Assembly (NCBI GenBank): GCA_016748015.1
Contig: JAAOMT010000029.1
Location: 481,140 to 545,139, forward strand
Direction of reading: 5' to 3'
DNA: 64,000 bases
Origin: Geosiphon pyriformis uo1
Lineage: Eukaryota > Fungi > Glomeromycota
Positions within the stretch are counted from its first letter, which is position 1; each line of letters begins with the position of its first letter. A model generated the notes under the pieces. That model was not told the DNA's origin. It was given only the letters and a program-made list of their open reading frames with translations, and searched no databases. The translations under genes were made by a program, and so were the position numbers. Below, one piece after another: positions 52,301-64,000 of this stretch.

Positions 52301-55300
52301 ATACTTGGACATTGTTCTCTTTGTCAGTGAATTTTTTGATTTTGGCAATAGGAGCATATACTATTGGTGCTACAATGTATTGTTGTGGTGGTTGTTGAAG
52401 TTGAAATTGTTGTTGTGGCAGTGAAAGCAGCTGTTGTGGTTGTTGGGGCAGTTGAAGTGACTGTAGTTGAATTGGTTCAATAATTGGTTCAATTGGTGGT
52501 TGATTTATGACAATATTTGGAGATAAATTCAGTTGATTAATTAAATCAGAGTTTAGAATATTCTGATTCCATGGTATTTGAATATTTGGAGTCTCAATTT
52601 CTGGATTTTCTTGATTTGTATTTTTTGGAGTTTGAACATTTGGGGTTTCAACTTCCGGGTTTTCTGAAATCAGGTTTTGGTAAGTAAATTCTTGATTCTC
52701 AGATTCTTTTTCTTCTTTCGATTCTGATGCTTCCCATGAATCAGCTATTCTGAAATCTAGTAGAGGTGGTGGTGATCAGATTCCTGATGGCGTTGGTGTT
52801 TATGATTGAAATCCTTCAAAATATTTGCTATATGGGCTTAGTAATTCTGTTTTCCTTTGTTTACTTTGGAATAAGAATCATCCAAATGTTGATGTCACAT
52901 TTGATGTGGACGTGTTTGGTAATGTGATATGAATGGTGCTTCCAGGAGTATAATGATATGATGGATTTGTGGGTGATTCAACTCTGTGTTTCTTCCAAGT
53001 GGGTGGTTGGATCCATTGAGGTGTTACTGCTGGTGTTTGTAGTTTTCCTTTGCCTTTACTTGAATAGATGATTGGGTATCTTTGTTGTGTGTAATGTTCA
53101 ATTTCTTTGTTAATCTCAGTGATAATGGATGCAAAATTATGATTTGTTGGTAAGCTGGTGTTTTGTATTAATTTGTAGTAGAAAGTTTCTTTCGCTGATT
53201 CAGTGTTTACTGATATCCCTAACAAATAGGCAATTCTCTTATTGATATAGAAATTGAAAAGTGATTTCACTGATATATGATTGTGATTTAATCCCAAGTG
53301 TTGACAATAGTGTTGAAATAAGGATTTCATGAATCCTAAATGGTTTGCTCCTATACTTTCTGATTCTGCCACTGTTAATTAGTTGTTGGTACTGGTTCTC
53401 TGTAGGATTATACCTCACAGGAAGCACCAAATGTTACAGATAATTATTTGGGGTCTCAAATCAAATAACAAATCCATAACTTGGTGCTCAATATCTTGAC
53501 AAAGCTGGTACATTGGTTGTATCTGAAGATTTTAGAGTTGAGTCTTTTGTATAATGAATAGAGATTTAATTGATGGTTTTATCTGTAGCTTCCCAAAACT
53601 GCAGTTTTGTCAAATTTTTTTCTCAGCGTGGGCCAGTAATCTTCCTGGTAAGCTATCTTCAAATCTATGAGTGTTCTACCCTTGTTTCACAGGTCTTTTA
53701 CCAGTCCCTATAACGTTTGTATCTCAGCGCTTAATCCTTAATCAATTTTAGTAAAACCAAAGAAATAACAAAAAAAATAAAAAAAAATAAAGAAATTAAC
53801 AAAAAGCAATTGCAAGTTAGTATCCCATCAATAGCCGTGATCAAGAGCTATTGTTCCAGTGTAGTTAAGTATCAATTACTATTAACATAAAGTGTTGATA
53901 GTAGAGAGTGAATTGAGATAGTGAATAATTATTTATTAATATTTGTGATTTTTGGAAAGTTGCTTAGATAAAATTTAAATAGAGAGGTCTTCTAATTAAA
54001 GATTCTGCCTTTTCTACTTCTAACATTACTGCTATATATACATAATTGAGATTCTTCAATTCCTCAATTTTTCATCTCAAGAATCCTGGGATTCCTGGAA
54101 TTCTGCAATTTCTTTTGAAAGAAATCCTGGAATTTTGGAATTCTGCGATTCCTTGCATGGAGAATCCTGAAATTCCTGGAATCCTGCAATTCCTTTTGAG
54201 AAGAATTCTGGAATTCCACATTTACTATGGCTATCTCTAATTGGCTATTTTATATGTTAATATATTTCCTATATTCTATGAGTAACAACGTATACCCATT
54301 ACATTTAGTTACACTTCAAGTCATTATTACTCATGCCAGAGACTTTGAGTTGGTTGAGTTAGAGGCCAACTATGCCCATGCCATTAATCTAGTAATGAAT
54401 AGATCATCTGAATTGGATTTCAAATTGAAACAATTCAGTTATTCAATTAATTAGAAATTAGAGGAATACTTAGCTAACAATCACACAATTTATCAGCCAT
54501 CACAATAATGCTATAATATAAGAAATGTCAATCGTTTCCAAAATCAGTAACATCCCTTGTCATCTAATCAGATATGGTAGCAAGAAATGCATATCTGCTA
54601 CAACTGTAATAAACAAGGTCACATTAGAATTAACTGCCATTTTTATAATAACCTATGATCAGAAAATTAATACAAGAACCCCAATCACCAATTTCAAACT
54701 CTGAACCATTACCTAAATTAAGATCAATATCAAATCACTTACCTACTAATGATACAACCACCAATATACCAACCACCCATATATCAACCTCCAATTTATC
54801 AACTGCAGCCACAAATAATATATCAACCACCGCAGTCCTAAATAATTTATCAAACACCCACAGTTCAAACACCACTATCAAACCCAGCTCAAATGACATC
54901 AGGAAACCCCAGATCATAAATTACTCAAAACTGAAAATTGGTGATAGTTGTTCATCAACCAATTCTCAGCTTTTTCAACCAACTATCAGGATCACATTCT
55001 CGGAACTTGGAAATTGGGTATGTTCAAAACCCAAATTCACAACACTATTTAAGTCTTCTGATTACTCCAGAAAACGCCTCATCTAATAAACCAGAACCCA
55101 ACCAACAACCAATACTTACCAATAATATCCCACCCACAACCAGCACTGAAGACAAAACTCTTACTGCTATATTTCTTTTTGAACTCAAAAAAATGACCTC
55201 AGTTCTATTATTTAGTAGAGCCGCATTGAACACCAAACCCATAACTATGATGTATACTAATGCCAAAGTGGATGGGCACTCCATCAAACTGATCTTAGAT

Positions 55301-58300
55301 AGTGGATCAGCTGGCAGCATCATCACAAGACAATTCATAGACCAATTAAGTCGCTAAGTTGATCATATTGCCAGCACTTGCATAATTACTGTTGATAAAA
55401 CAACCAAAACCTCTATTGGTGAAATTGATGACTTCTCTTTTGAAGTCAATAGTATCATCATTTCTATCAAAGTCTTAGTGATGGAAGCAACTCAATATCA
55501 GGCATTAGTAAGAAACAACTGGTTATCTAAAACCAATGCCATACTTGACTGGATGATGCAGAAGCTCTAACTTAGCCAAAATGGCCAACACATACAAGTA
55601 CCAGCCACATGTAGTCACTTCAAAACCAACAACCCACCAGCACCACTCATTGACTTCGAGAAAGAAGAAAAAAAACCAATTTGGAAAGCATATTAAGTCT
55701 TGTGGGCTGATAATGACCACAACAAGCTACCACTCATACTTTTTTGGGACAACAACAGGAAAGAAAAACAATGAAAGAACTTATCTGGAATACCAACCAA
55801 GCATGGGAAACTAACAATAACCAGGATGAACCATCAACTTGGGAGTGGGAAGAGAACAACAAGGGAAAGAGAAAGAAGAGAGAAGAAAAAAATGTAACCA
55901 AAAAAACCACTGACACCAAAGAAATAAACAGTGGCTGGACAAATTTATACTCAGTCTATAAGCAATTGTCACAACCATCATACATATCTCTTAAATACAA
56001 AGACTGTGGAAAGAAACTTTTTTTTATGGAAGCTTGAGTGGTGTCAGATGAAGATTACTAAACATGCATATATTATTACTGTAAGCTGTGCTATAGAAAA
56101 TGATATAGATACTCAAAATGTCAAAAAAAGTGGGACAACAAACCATGTTTTGCTTGTGGCAAATAGTTGCTTAATGAAGGAATGTAGAATGACATTCCTG
56201 AGTAAGGAGGAACATGCAATGCTTTGTGCCAATACATGATTCTCATCAGTGACTGGGTGAGTTGTAAAATGCCCATTACTGTAGTCTGGCACCGAGCAAT
56301 CAATCACTTAGATGGGTATCCACATAACGAGGACAAAATCTGACATATGACCAATGCCAAAATTGAAAAAGCCACACCCAGTAAAATCTTAGAGATCAAA
56401 AACAACTCACCAGAACCAGTTGATATTGTTTTGATCCCCAATCCAAAAACATTCCTAGATATTGAAACAGGTCCAGAAAAATTTCATAAATACTATCAAA
56501 ACTTAGCACTCATTAGAGAAGAGCAAGAGCAATGCTTAGAACAGTTAAACACTAGATTGTATCAATACTGCCTAATTCTCTGTAACTTTCAATATTGTAA
56601 TGAGTGTGATCTCATTTACAATCCACCAATTCACATGATCTACATGATTCCAGAGAAGAAAGAACCAATCAGCAGCTGTGCATTGGAATTGGAATCAAAT
56701 TTTAATCTTAATTCAGACTCTAACAATGATGATGATGAAAACAACAGTTTCAGTTTTGTTCCATATGGTAATAACAATAACAATAATTTAGACTCAGATT
56801 CAAACTCCAATTTAAACCATGAACAATATATTGCACTCTCTGATCTCACCAAGGAGCAAGAACTAAAATGGTTCAGTGATAATAATGAAGGTATTATGCC
56901 AAAACATGCATATAATACTGATGCAGAGTTTGATCTGAGATATCTGAGAAAAAATTCCATCAAATTGGAACTCTATTTGTGCACCTGCTTTAATCTCAAA
57001 ATAGCACTGGAAATTTTAGCAACAACAATGGTTCAGTTAGCATCTAAGAGTAGCTTAGCCAAAAAGAGAATCAACATCAAGAGAGAAATAATTGACACAA
57101 AATATATAGAAAATATTATTGCTATGCTACAAAATGACTCAGAAAAGACATATATCATAGATCCAAATAAAAAGATAGCACAAGCAATATTCTTGTCTTT
57201 GGTTAAAATAGCTTAGTTAGTATCAGTGAGAAACAAAGAAGAATTAGGGATAACAACAAAAGAGATACAAGGATTTGGATCAACAGGTAAAATAGATATA
57301 CCAGTCAATATGGCAGAAAAAGAGATTATTAACAAGAAAAAAATTATCTCCACCTGTCAATCAATTTCTATTCCACCATATGACCAGTACATAGTAGTCA
57401 TAGAGAGAAAAGTGAAAAATCAGGTTCAAATTTTTGAGGCAGAAACAACACTTTGTGAATCAAAAGAAATTGGATTAGTCAATTTATACATATCAGCCAA
57501 GAACCACAGTTACATAAAAATTTCCATCTACAACAACACAAGAAATGACATCAGGATACCAAAAAAAACAATTATTGGATACTTAACCACCAAAATTGAA
57601 AACCAACTGCCAGACATCATTCCAGAATTTCCACAACTTTGTGGATATGTGGATATTACATCACAAACAATATATGTTATTTGCTCCAACCAGAACAATT
57701 AGAACAAATAAACATGGGAAACCTAAATCCACTACAACATATGCAGCTCAAAATGTTACTCAACAATTTCAATGACATCTTTGCCAGCAAAAACAAATTT
57801 GGCAGAACTGACATCATCCAACATCAAATTAAGACTGGAGATGCAATACCAATTAAACAGAGAGCATTCAGAATACCACTAGCTAGCCATGAGATTATTC
57901 ATCAAGAAATCAATTAGATGCTTAACAATAGACTAATTCAGCCATCAATGAGTCCATGGTCATTACCAATAGTACTAGTCTATAAGAAGAATGGGAAAAT
58001 CCACTTCTGTGTGAATTACCAAAAACTAAATGGAGTAACCAAAAGAGATAGTTATCTGACTCTAAAGATTCAAAAGCTGTTTGATGCTTTTGGAGGAAAG
58101 AAATAGTTCTCAACACTAGACTTAGACAGTGGCTACTGACAGGTAGTCATAAAATCAGAAGATAAAGAGAAAACAGTTTTTACAACATGAGAAAAGAATT
58201 TCAAATTCGAAATTATGGCATTTGGCTTAATGAATGCTCCAGCCACTTTCCAGTGACTTATGAAAATTGTTTATATTAGACTATTATGGAAATCAGTAGT

Positions 58301-59723
58301 CATATACTTGGATAACACCAATGTGTTCTCAAAGACATTTGATAATCATCTATATCATTTTCAACAAGTATTTGAAAGACTCAGATGAGCAGGATTGAAA
58401 CTAAATACCAACAAATGCTTCTTTGGAAAAACAAAACTCAAGTTTTTGGAACATGTTATAAGCAAAAATAGTATCAAAATAGATTCAGATAAGATCACAA
58501 TAGTAAAGAACTTTCTAGTACCAACCAACTTAACGGAACTAAGAGCATTCTTGGGATTTGCTGGATATTATTGCCATTTTATTAAAAACTTTTCTAAACT
58601 GGCTCAGCCACTTCATCATTTACAAACTAAGAATGTAAAATATGAATAAACAGAAGCTTAACAAAAAGCATTTGACACACTAAGAAGAAAGCTTATTCAA
58701 GCTTTAGTGTTGATGTATTCAGATCACAGCAAACCATTCATTATTACCACTAATGTATTAGGCCAAGCATTGGGAGCAGTACTATCACAAAAAAGACCAG
58801 ATGGAAGAAAACATCCAATAGCTTATGTCAGTAGAAGCTTAAGTTCAGTGAAAAAAAACTATGGAACTCCAGCACTGGAACACTTAGCTATTTATTGGGC
58901 TGTTATCAAATAGAAAAAATACTTAAGTTAAAAATTTGATGTGTATACTGATCACAAAGGATTGACTTCAATCCAAAAACAAGAATTTGTAGACAATTAT
59001 CATGCCAAATGAAAAATAAAACTTTTATCATTTAATTATACAGTATATTATAAAAAAGAAAAAAAAAATAGAAATGCCAACGGATTATCACAAATAAGAC
59101 AAATTTAAAAACATTTCAACCAAAAAAATATAACAAAAAATGAATATACAAAAATACCAACAACTCTAATATTATATGAATATCCAATTGTTTAAGGAGA
59201 AATTATCTCAAAAGGAACAAAATAACATAAAACAACAATCAAAATATTTTATCAACCACCAAAATATACATTACTGGAAAAACAGAAAGAATTCAGATCA
59301 ACCAACCAGAGTAATTACAGAATCAGAGAAAAAGACAATATTATTCAACATGCACTCAGATCCAACAGCAGGACATTTTCATAAAGAAACAACCATAAAA
59401 AAAATCAAAAAAAATATTATTGGCCATCTATGTATTCAAATATCATCCAATATGTTCAAAATTGTGATGCTTGTTAGAGAAGAAGTGAAACAAAACCCAG
59501 TAAATTATTGAGACCAATCAAAGTGGAACAACCATTCGATCGTATCAGAATTGACTTAGTAGGACTATTAACAATCATCAGTAAAGACAACAGATATATC
59601 ACAGTAGTTATAAATTATCTCACAAAATGGCCAGAAGCAAAAGCCATTCAAAGAGCAGATACAGAATTTATTGCCAAATTCATTTATCAAGATTTAATCT
59701 ATTAACACAAATGTCCAAAAGAA

Positions 59724-59915
59724 AGTTGTATTTATTTTTTTTGAATATTAAAGACATAATTTTTGTATATATAAATACATAATATTGTCTTAATTGGCTT
59801 AAATAATTGGTTATATGTAGTTAAATATATAATTTATACATAATTTAAATTATTTAATTTAATATATTATATTAGATAATATTTAGATTTTACTTATTAA
59901 ATAAAATAAAAAAAA
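59724..59915 (+). mobile_element. Strongly eroded LINE 3' end
   Basis: Colinear with 590-785 (TCTTAATTGGCTTAAATAATTGGTTATATGTAG vs TCCTAATTGGCCCAAGTGGCTGGTCACATATAG). Ends in an A-rich tail. Confidence 0.7.
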
Positions 59916-61306
59916 ATGCCAAAATCATTTTTAATATTAACAATAATATTTATAAACATATTTTATAGCAAAAAAAAACAAATTCAAAAATTATTAAAAA
60001 TTTGGCAATCTTAAAAATAAAAAAATAAAAAAAATAAAAAAATTTAATTTAAAAAACAATATTTAAAAAAATTTAAAAAGCAAACTTCATATAAAAAAGA
60101 TGTATATTGTTTTTAAACACAGATTTTACACCAAAAAAATTTTATATAAACTGAAAAACAGTATTAATATAAACTATTTTTAACTTAAAAAAGGATTAAA
60201 TATTAAAATAAAAATTATTTATTTAAAAAATTTTTAATAATTAATAATTGTTTTTTAAATATTATTAAAAACAATAATACCAAAAAAACAAAAATTAAAT
60301 TCAGTTTTTATTTTTTGTTTTACTTTTAAAATTAATAAAAATCAGTTAGCTTTAATAAATATTTTGTTATTATCAGATTTAAATTAAATATTATAATTAA
60401 TATAGTTATAATAAAATTAGTCTAATTTAATTACTTAAAAAAAAGTTATTTTTTAGCTTTTTGATTTTTTTGGTTATTTAAGTTAATATAAAAAAGATAA
60501 TAATAAGAAAAAATAGCTTAGTTATTAACTTATTATTAAAGATCTTAAAACTTTTTATGATAATAATAATTAAGACTAGTCTTAAATTATTACTTAAAAA
60601 AGACTTTATATAAAGAAGAACTTATATTTAAAACTAGCAAAAACTGGCTTTCAATTATTTTATTTAAGAAAAATAATTTTACAAAGTGCTGTCAAACAGC
60701 TAATAAAAATACTACTAATTATTTCAAAAAATAAAGAGATTGCAACTTTTTTACTTTTTGTTCTGATTGTAATTATAAAAATATAAGAAAGAAAAAGTTT
60801 TTCTATCTTATTAATGTTTTTTCCAATATTACATAGTTTAAAGTATTACATAATTTAATTATAATATTTAGTTACATTTGTATTTTAAATAATTAATAAT
60901 AGTATATGCTAATTAATAATAGAAATTGAAAAAATGTTTTATACTAATTTTAACTTAACATTTTAAAAAAATAAATGAATTAGCTTTTTTGACAACTATG
61001 TAATTCTAAGGTTTTAAACAAAATTTTGCTTTGTTGTCATTGTTTTTATTAAAACGATGTAAACTTATGCATAAATGATACGCAGAAACATACTTGATCA
61101 CGGATAAAACATTGTTATTTGTTACACCACGATGGTAATTAGGATTCCAGTCACCCCCGATGCTTTTTAGAGGTTGAATCAACAATTTCCCCACCTTTTT
61201 TCGAAGAAATACAATCTGCCCGTTTCAGCAATCAACTTGTGTTTATTATACAAGTATTTGGTCCTATAACTCCTGCACTTAGCTTTGAATTTTTACCTTC
61301 TTCAAT

Positions 61307-62239
61307 ATGAGCACCAGCGAAGCACCCAAGAAAGTGACCCTCAAGAGTTGCGACGAGCACGAATTTAAAGTCGATATAGCTGTTGCTAGCCGTTCCATCT
61401 TGCTAAAGAATATGATTGAAGGTAAGTTATTACTGTTTTCTTTTTTTGCTCAGTAACTCTTTTCAATTTGTGTTTTCTCGGCTTAGGTTAGGGAGCGAGA
61501 AGTTTTTGGGTCTGGCTTTAATAAAATACATCTAAATTAAAATTTACTTGAATGTCTTACGCGTTAATTCTATCAACAAGACGTTGGAGAGACTGACCAA
61601 TCTATCCCTCTTCCAAATGTTAATGAAAAGGTTCTAAAAAAGGCAAGAGGTCCCTTTAATTTTCGTCTATGGATCAATTACTTTATACATTTTAGTTTCG
61701 AACCTCGCATAGTTTTTCTCTAAACCAATTTTGATTATGCAGGTGCTAGAATGGTGTGAGCATCATGTCAACGATCCCCAACAAAACAATGAGGACGATG
61801 ACTCTCGTCGGCGAAATACTGAAATCGATGACTGGGATCAGAAATTTTTGAGCGTCGAGCAAGATATGCTTTTCGAAATAATCTTGGTAAAACAAATCAA
61901 AATATCTCGCGAGACTTTTGAAAATTCATCATTTAGAGCTGATCAAAACATTTTTAATAAAATTGTAGGCTGCTAATTATTTGGATATCAAGCCCTTGTT
62001 GTGAGTTTCAATCGCATTAGTTCCTCAAAGTAAATTGTCGTTTACTTTTTTAAATAAGATTTCTTAACCCATCCCTGTTTTTATTACTTAATAGGGACAT
62101 TGGGTGCAAGACCGTTGCTAATATGATTAAAGGAAAGTCTCCAGAAGAAATTCGCACTACATTTAACATTCAGAATGACTTCACTCCTGAGGAGGAAGAA
62201 CAAATCCGCAAGGAGAATGAATGGGCAGAAGATCGATAA
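61307..62239 (+). CDS. SKP1: SCF ubiquitin ligase subunit Skp1; 5 exons (61307-61421, 61581-61642, 61743-61886, 61969-62000, 62095-62239)
   Basis: [113 protein letters not shown]. Confidence 0.96.
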
Positions 62240-62559
62240 ACACGACCATAATACACTTGGCTAAGCGAATTTACATATGACAATCTAGCTTTGATCCAAA
62301 AATTGATAAAAACGAGCATCTTGGAAAGTAAACTTAGCGTTTGGATTAGTATTTCATACATGTTAGGTCATTAGAATAATTTGTTATTCTTCCCTTCTTT
62401 TCATTCATATCCTTTAATTTCGTTGAACTGCTTCCTTCCTTCAACAGGAATTTTTTATTATGTCAATATCCAATAAAGCTTTATTTATCATATTATCGAA
62501 TTTCAGTTTTTGAAATCGAGGAAAAAATTAGTGCGGGCAGTAGAGGTTTTACCATGTGC

Positions 62560-62630
62560 TGCGCCGTCCGGGAATCGAACCCGGGCCTAAAGCTTGGGAA
62601 GCTTCAATTCTGCCACTAAACTAACGGCGC
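62560..62630 (-). tRNA. tRNA-Gly (CCC), intronless
   Basis: GCGCCGT/ACGGCGC acceptor stem, anticodon arm GAAGC-TTCCCAA-GCTTT, GGTTCGATTCC T-loop, and a T6 Pol III terminator ~33 nt downstream. Confidence 0.95.
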
Positions 62631-63432
62631 TTTTTGAGTCAAAAGTGAATAAATTTTAACCATAATACTATTTTATTTGCAAAAATAAAATATTTCATGA
62701 AAGTTTTATTTTAACCATTGATATTACTATTTTATTTTTATGAAAATATTTTAGTTATTTGAAAAGTATATAAATCATTAAAAACCCATTTCAATCATTT
62801 ATAGTTTTAATATTATGTATATTAAAAATAACTAGATTTTTCAAATTGTCACATTAATTTTGTAAATAATAAAGTCGATTACTTTAAATTTTTTGAAATC
62901 AAATTTATATGTAGGTAAATAAAAAAATTATAATAATATATTATTATACAATATCTTGAATCTTTATACAAATTCAAAACAAACTAGATTCAGAATTTTT
63001 TCAGAGAATTGTTTTAGCCAGGTTAAAAATTGAAAGGCTTTAAAAAAATGGCATGTCGTTTTTTTGATATTCCAAGTTGACTGAAAAGACAATTATTGCG
63101 ATTGTCTCTCAAGACTCGGAAAGTACTACCCTTGCGAATATCGAAACTTTGCATGATTTAAATGCTAATCAAGGGAAAAAAAGGGCTATTTCGCCTCGAA
63201 AATAATACACGAATAAGGCCAGTGAAACAAGGCTCTACAGTCTAACAGCAGGCTTACTTCAGTTTGATTTTGTGAAAATGATTATTAAACCGCATGCTGT
63301 GTCCTGACCTAAAAAATTATGCAATTTCAAATTAAATGTCAAAGCGTAATCTTTGAAAAATGAATTTATAGATTTTATTATCACCTTCTATTTTATACAC
63401 TCTCAAGAATCGAATTTTACATCAGCATGATC

Positions 63433-63843
63433 CTAGTGAGCAATCAACTCTTCCATTTCCCCGTTTCCTAGCATCGCCGCCCAGCCAAAAATCTTCCGGA
63501 ATTTATCTTGCAAAATTTGAAATTGTTCAGATTTTTGTTCCTTTGCATTCAAGGGTTTTCCTGTGACAAAATTTTTTTAAAATCCTGGTAAACCGATAAG
63601 GCAATTACATTATTACTCACCTTGTGTATTTTCCAGAAGTTTGATCAAAGCTTCGCCGGCCAAGATAGAGGGAGGTTGGGGCTTGAAATGACCAAGTTCC
63701 TTTCCATTAGAAGGCATTGCCATTTTCTTAGCCTTTTCGGATTTTTTGGGCCTTTTAATTTCATTAGCTTTTTCGGCTTTTTTGGCTTGCCTTTTCTTCA
63801 CTTTGTCCTCTCGTGTAGATAGAGACTTGTATCTTCGCCAACA
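63433..63843 (-). CDS. Last two exons of a gene continuing beyond the window; possibly a Myb/SANT-repeat protein
   Basis: Acceptor TTTTTAG, then CWRRYKSLSTREDKVKKRQAKK...LLENTQ; GTGAGT..CAG intron; then GKPLNAKE...ELIAH*. CWRRYKSL resembles the end of Myb helix 3. Confidence 0.5.
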
Positions 63844-63868
63844 CTAAAAATTAATTATCATTGAGTAG

Positions 63869-64000
<132 letters not shown>

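Larger units (their letters stand above)
34040..54287 (-). mobile_element. Ty3/gypsy element C, full length (3' LTR 34040-34916, 5' LTR 53432-54287), inserted in gag of B and itself interrupted by D
   Basis: LTR pair, PBS at 53431 downwards, PPT at 34917-34931, TSD ACAT/ACGT. gag (53372), PR (~50940), dUTPase (~38855-39245), RT (YLDD), RH, IN and ORF3 lie on the minus strand. Confidence 0.95.
21592..59725 (+). mobile_element. Ty3/gypsy element B (outermost coding element; pieces 21592-22200, 32350-34039, 54288-59725; 3'-truncated within integrase)
   Basis: The 5' LTR is split by A and ends at 32596, followed by the PBS TTTGGTGCTCTCTGTGAGG. gag starts at ~32659 and is split by C at LQH|V. It continues with PR (LILDSGS), dUTPase (~56900-57290), RT, RH and the start of IN. 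Many stops. Confidence 0.9.

Noticed and set aside
59916-61000. AT-rich block as another identifiable TE
   Set aside because: It is probably an eroded repeat, but I could not align it to anything in the window.

Overview
Eukaryotic, AT-rich, intron-dense fungal DNA. The intron style, a U12 intron and the TE content suggest an early-diverging fungus such as Glomeromycotina; this is inference. Two host-gene islands are present. The first (10.2-16.7 kb) holds a mitochondrial enoyl-CoA/methylglutaconyl-CoA hydratase head-to-head with XRN2/RAT1. The second (61.3-64 kb) holds SKP1, tRNA-Gly(CCC) and the 3' end of a possible Myb-type gene. The rest is transposon debris. At 1-9.9 kb there are LINE copies of several ages, including a full-length RNase H-bearing LINE with a 13-bp TSD, and a solo LTR. 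At 16.9-59.9 kb there are eroded LINE and Tc1/IS630 fragments plus a four-level nest of one unusual Ty3/gypsy family (elements here called A, B, C, D and LTR E). This family encodes gag-protease-[Cys-rich domain]-dUTPase-RT-RNaseH, an integrase set off by conserved stop codons, and an extra orphan ORF3 in the env position. It makes 4-bp TSDs that are all compatible with an ancestral RCGY (CpG-centred) target. In the stretches I aligned by eye, repeats show almost purely C>T/G>A decay, and some of the extreme AT-rich stretches are recognisably eroded LINEs. XRN2 carries a U12-type AT-AC intron. All alignments and counts were done by eye; no database searches were run.
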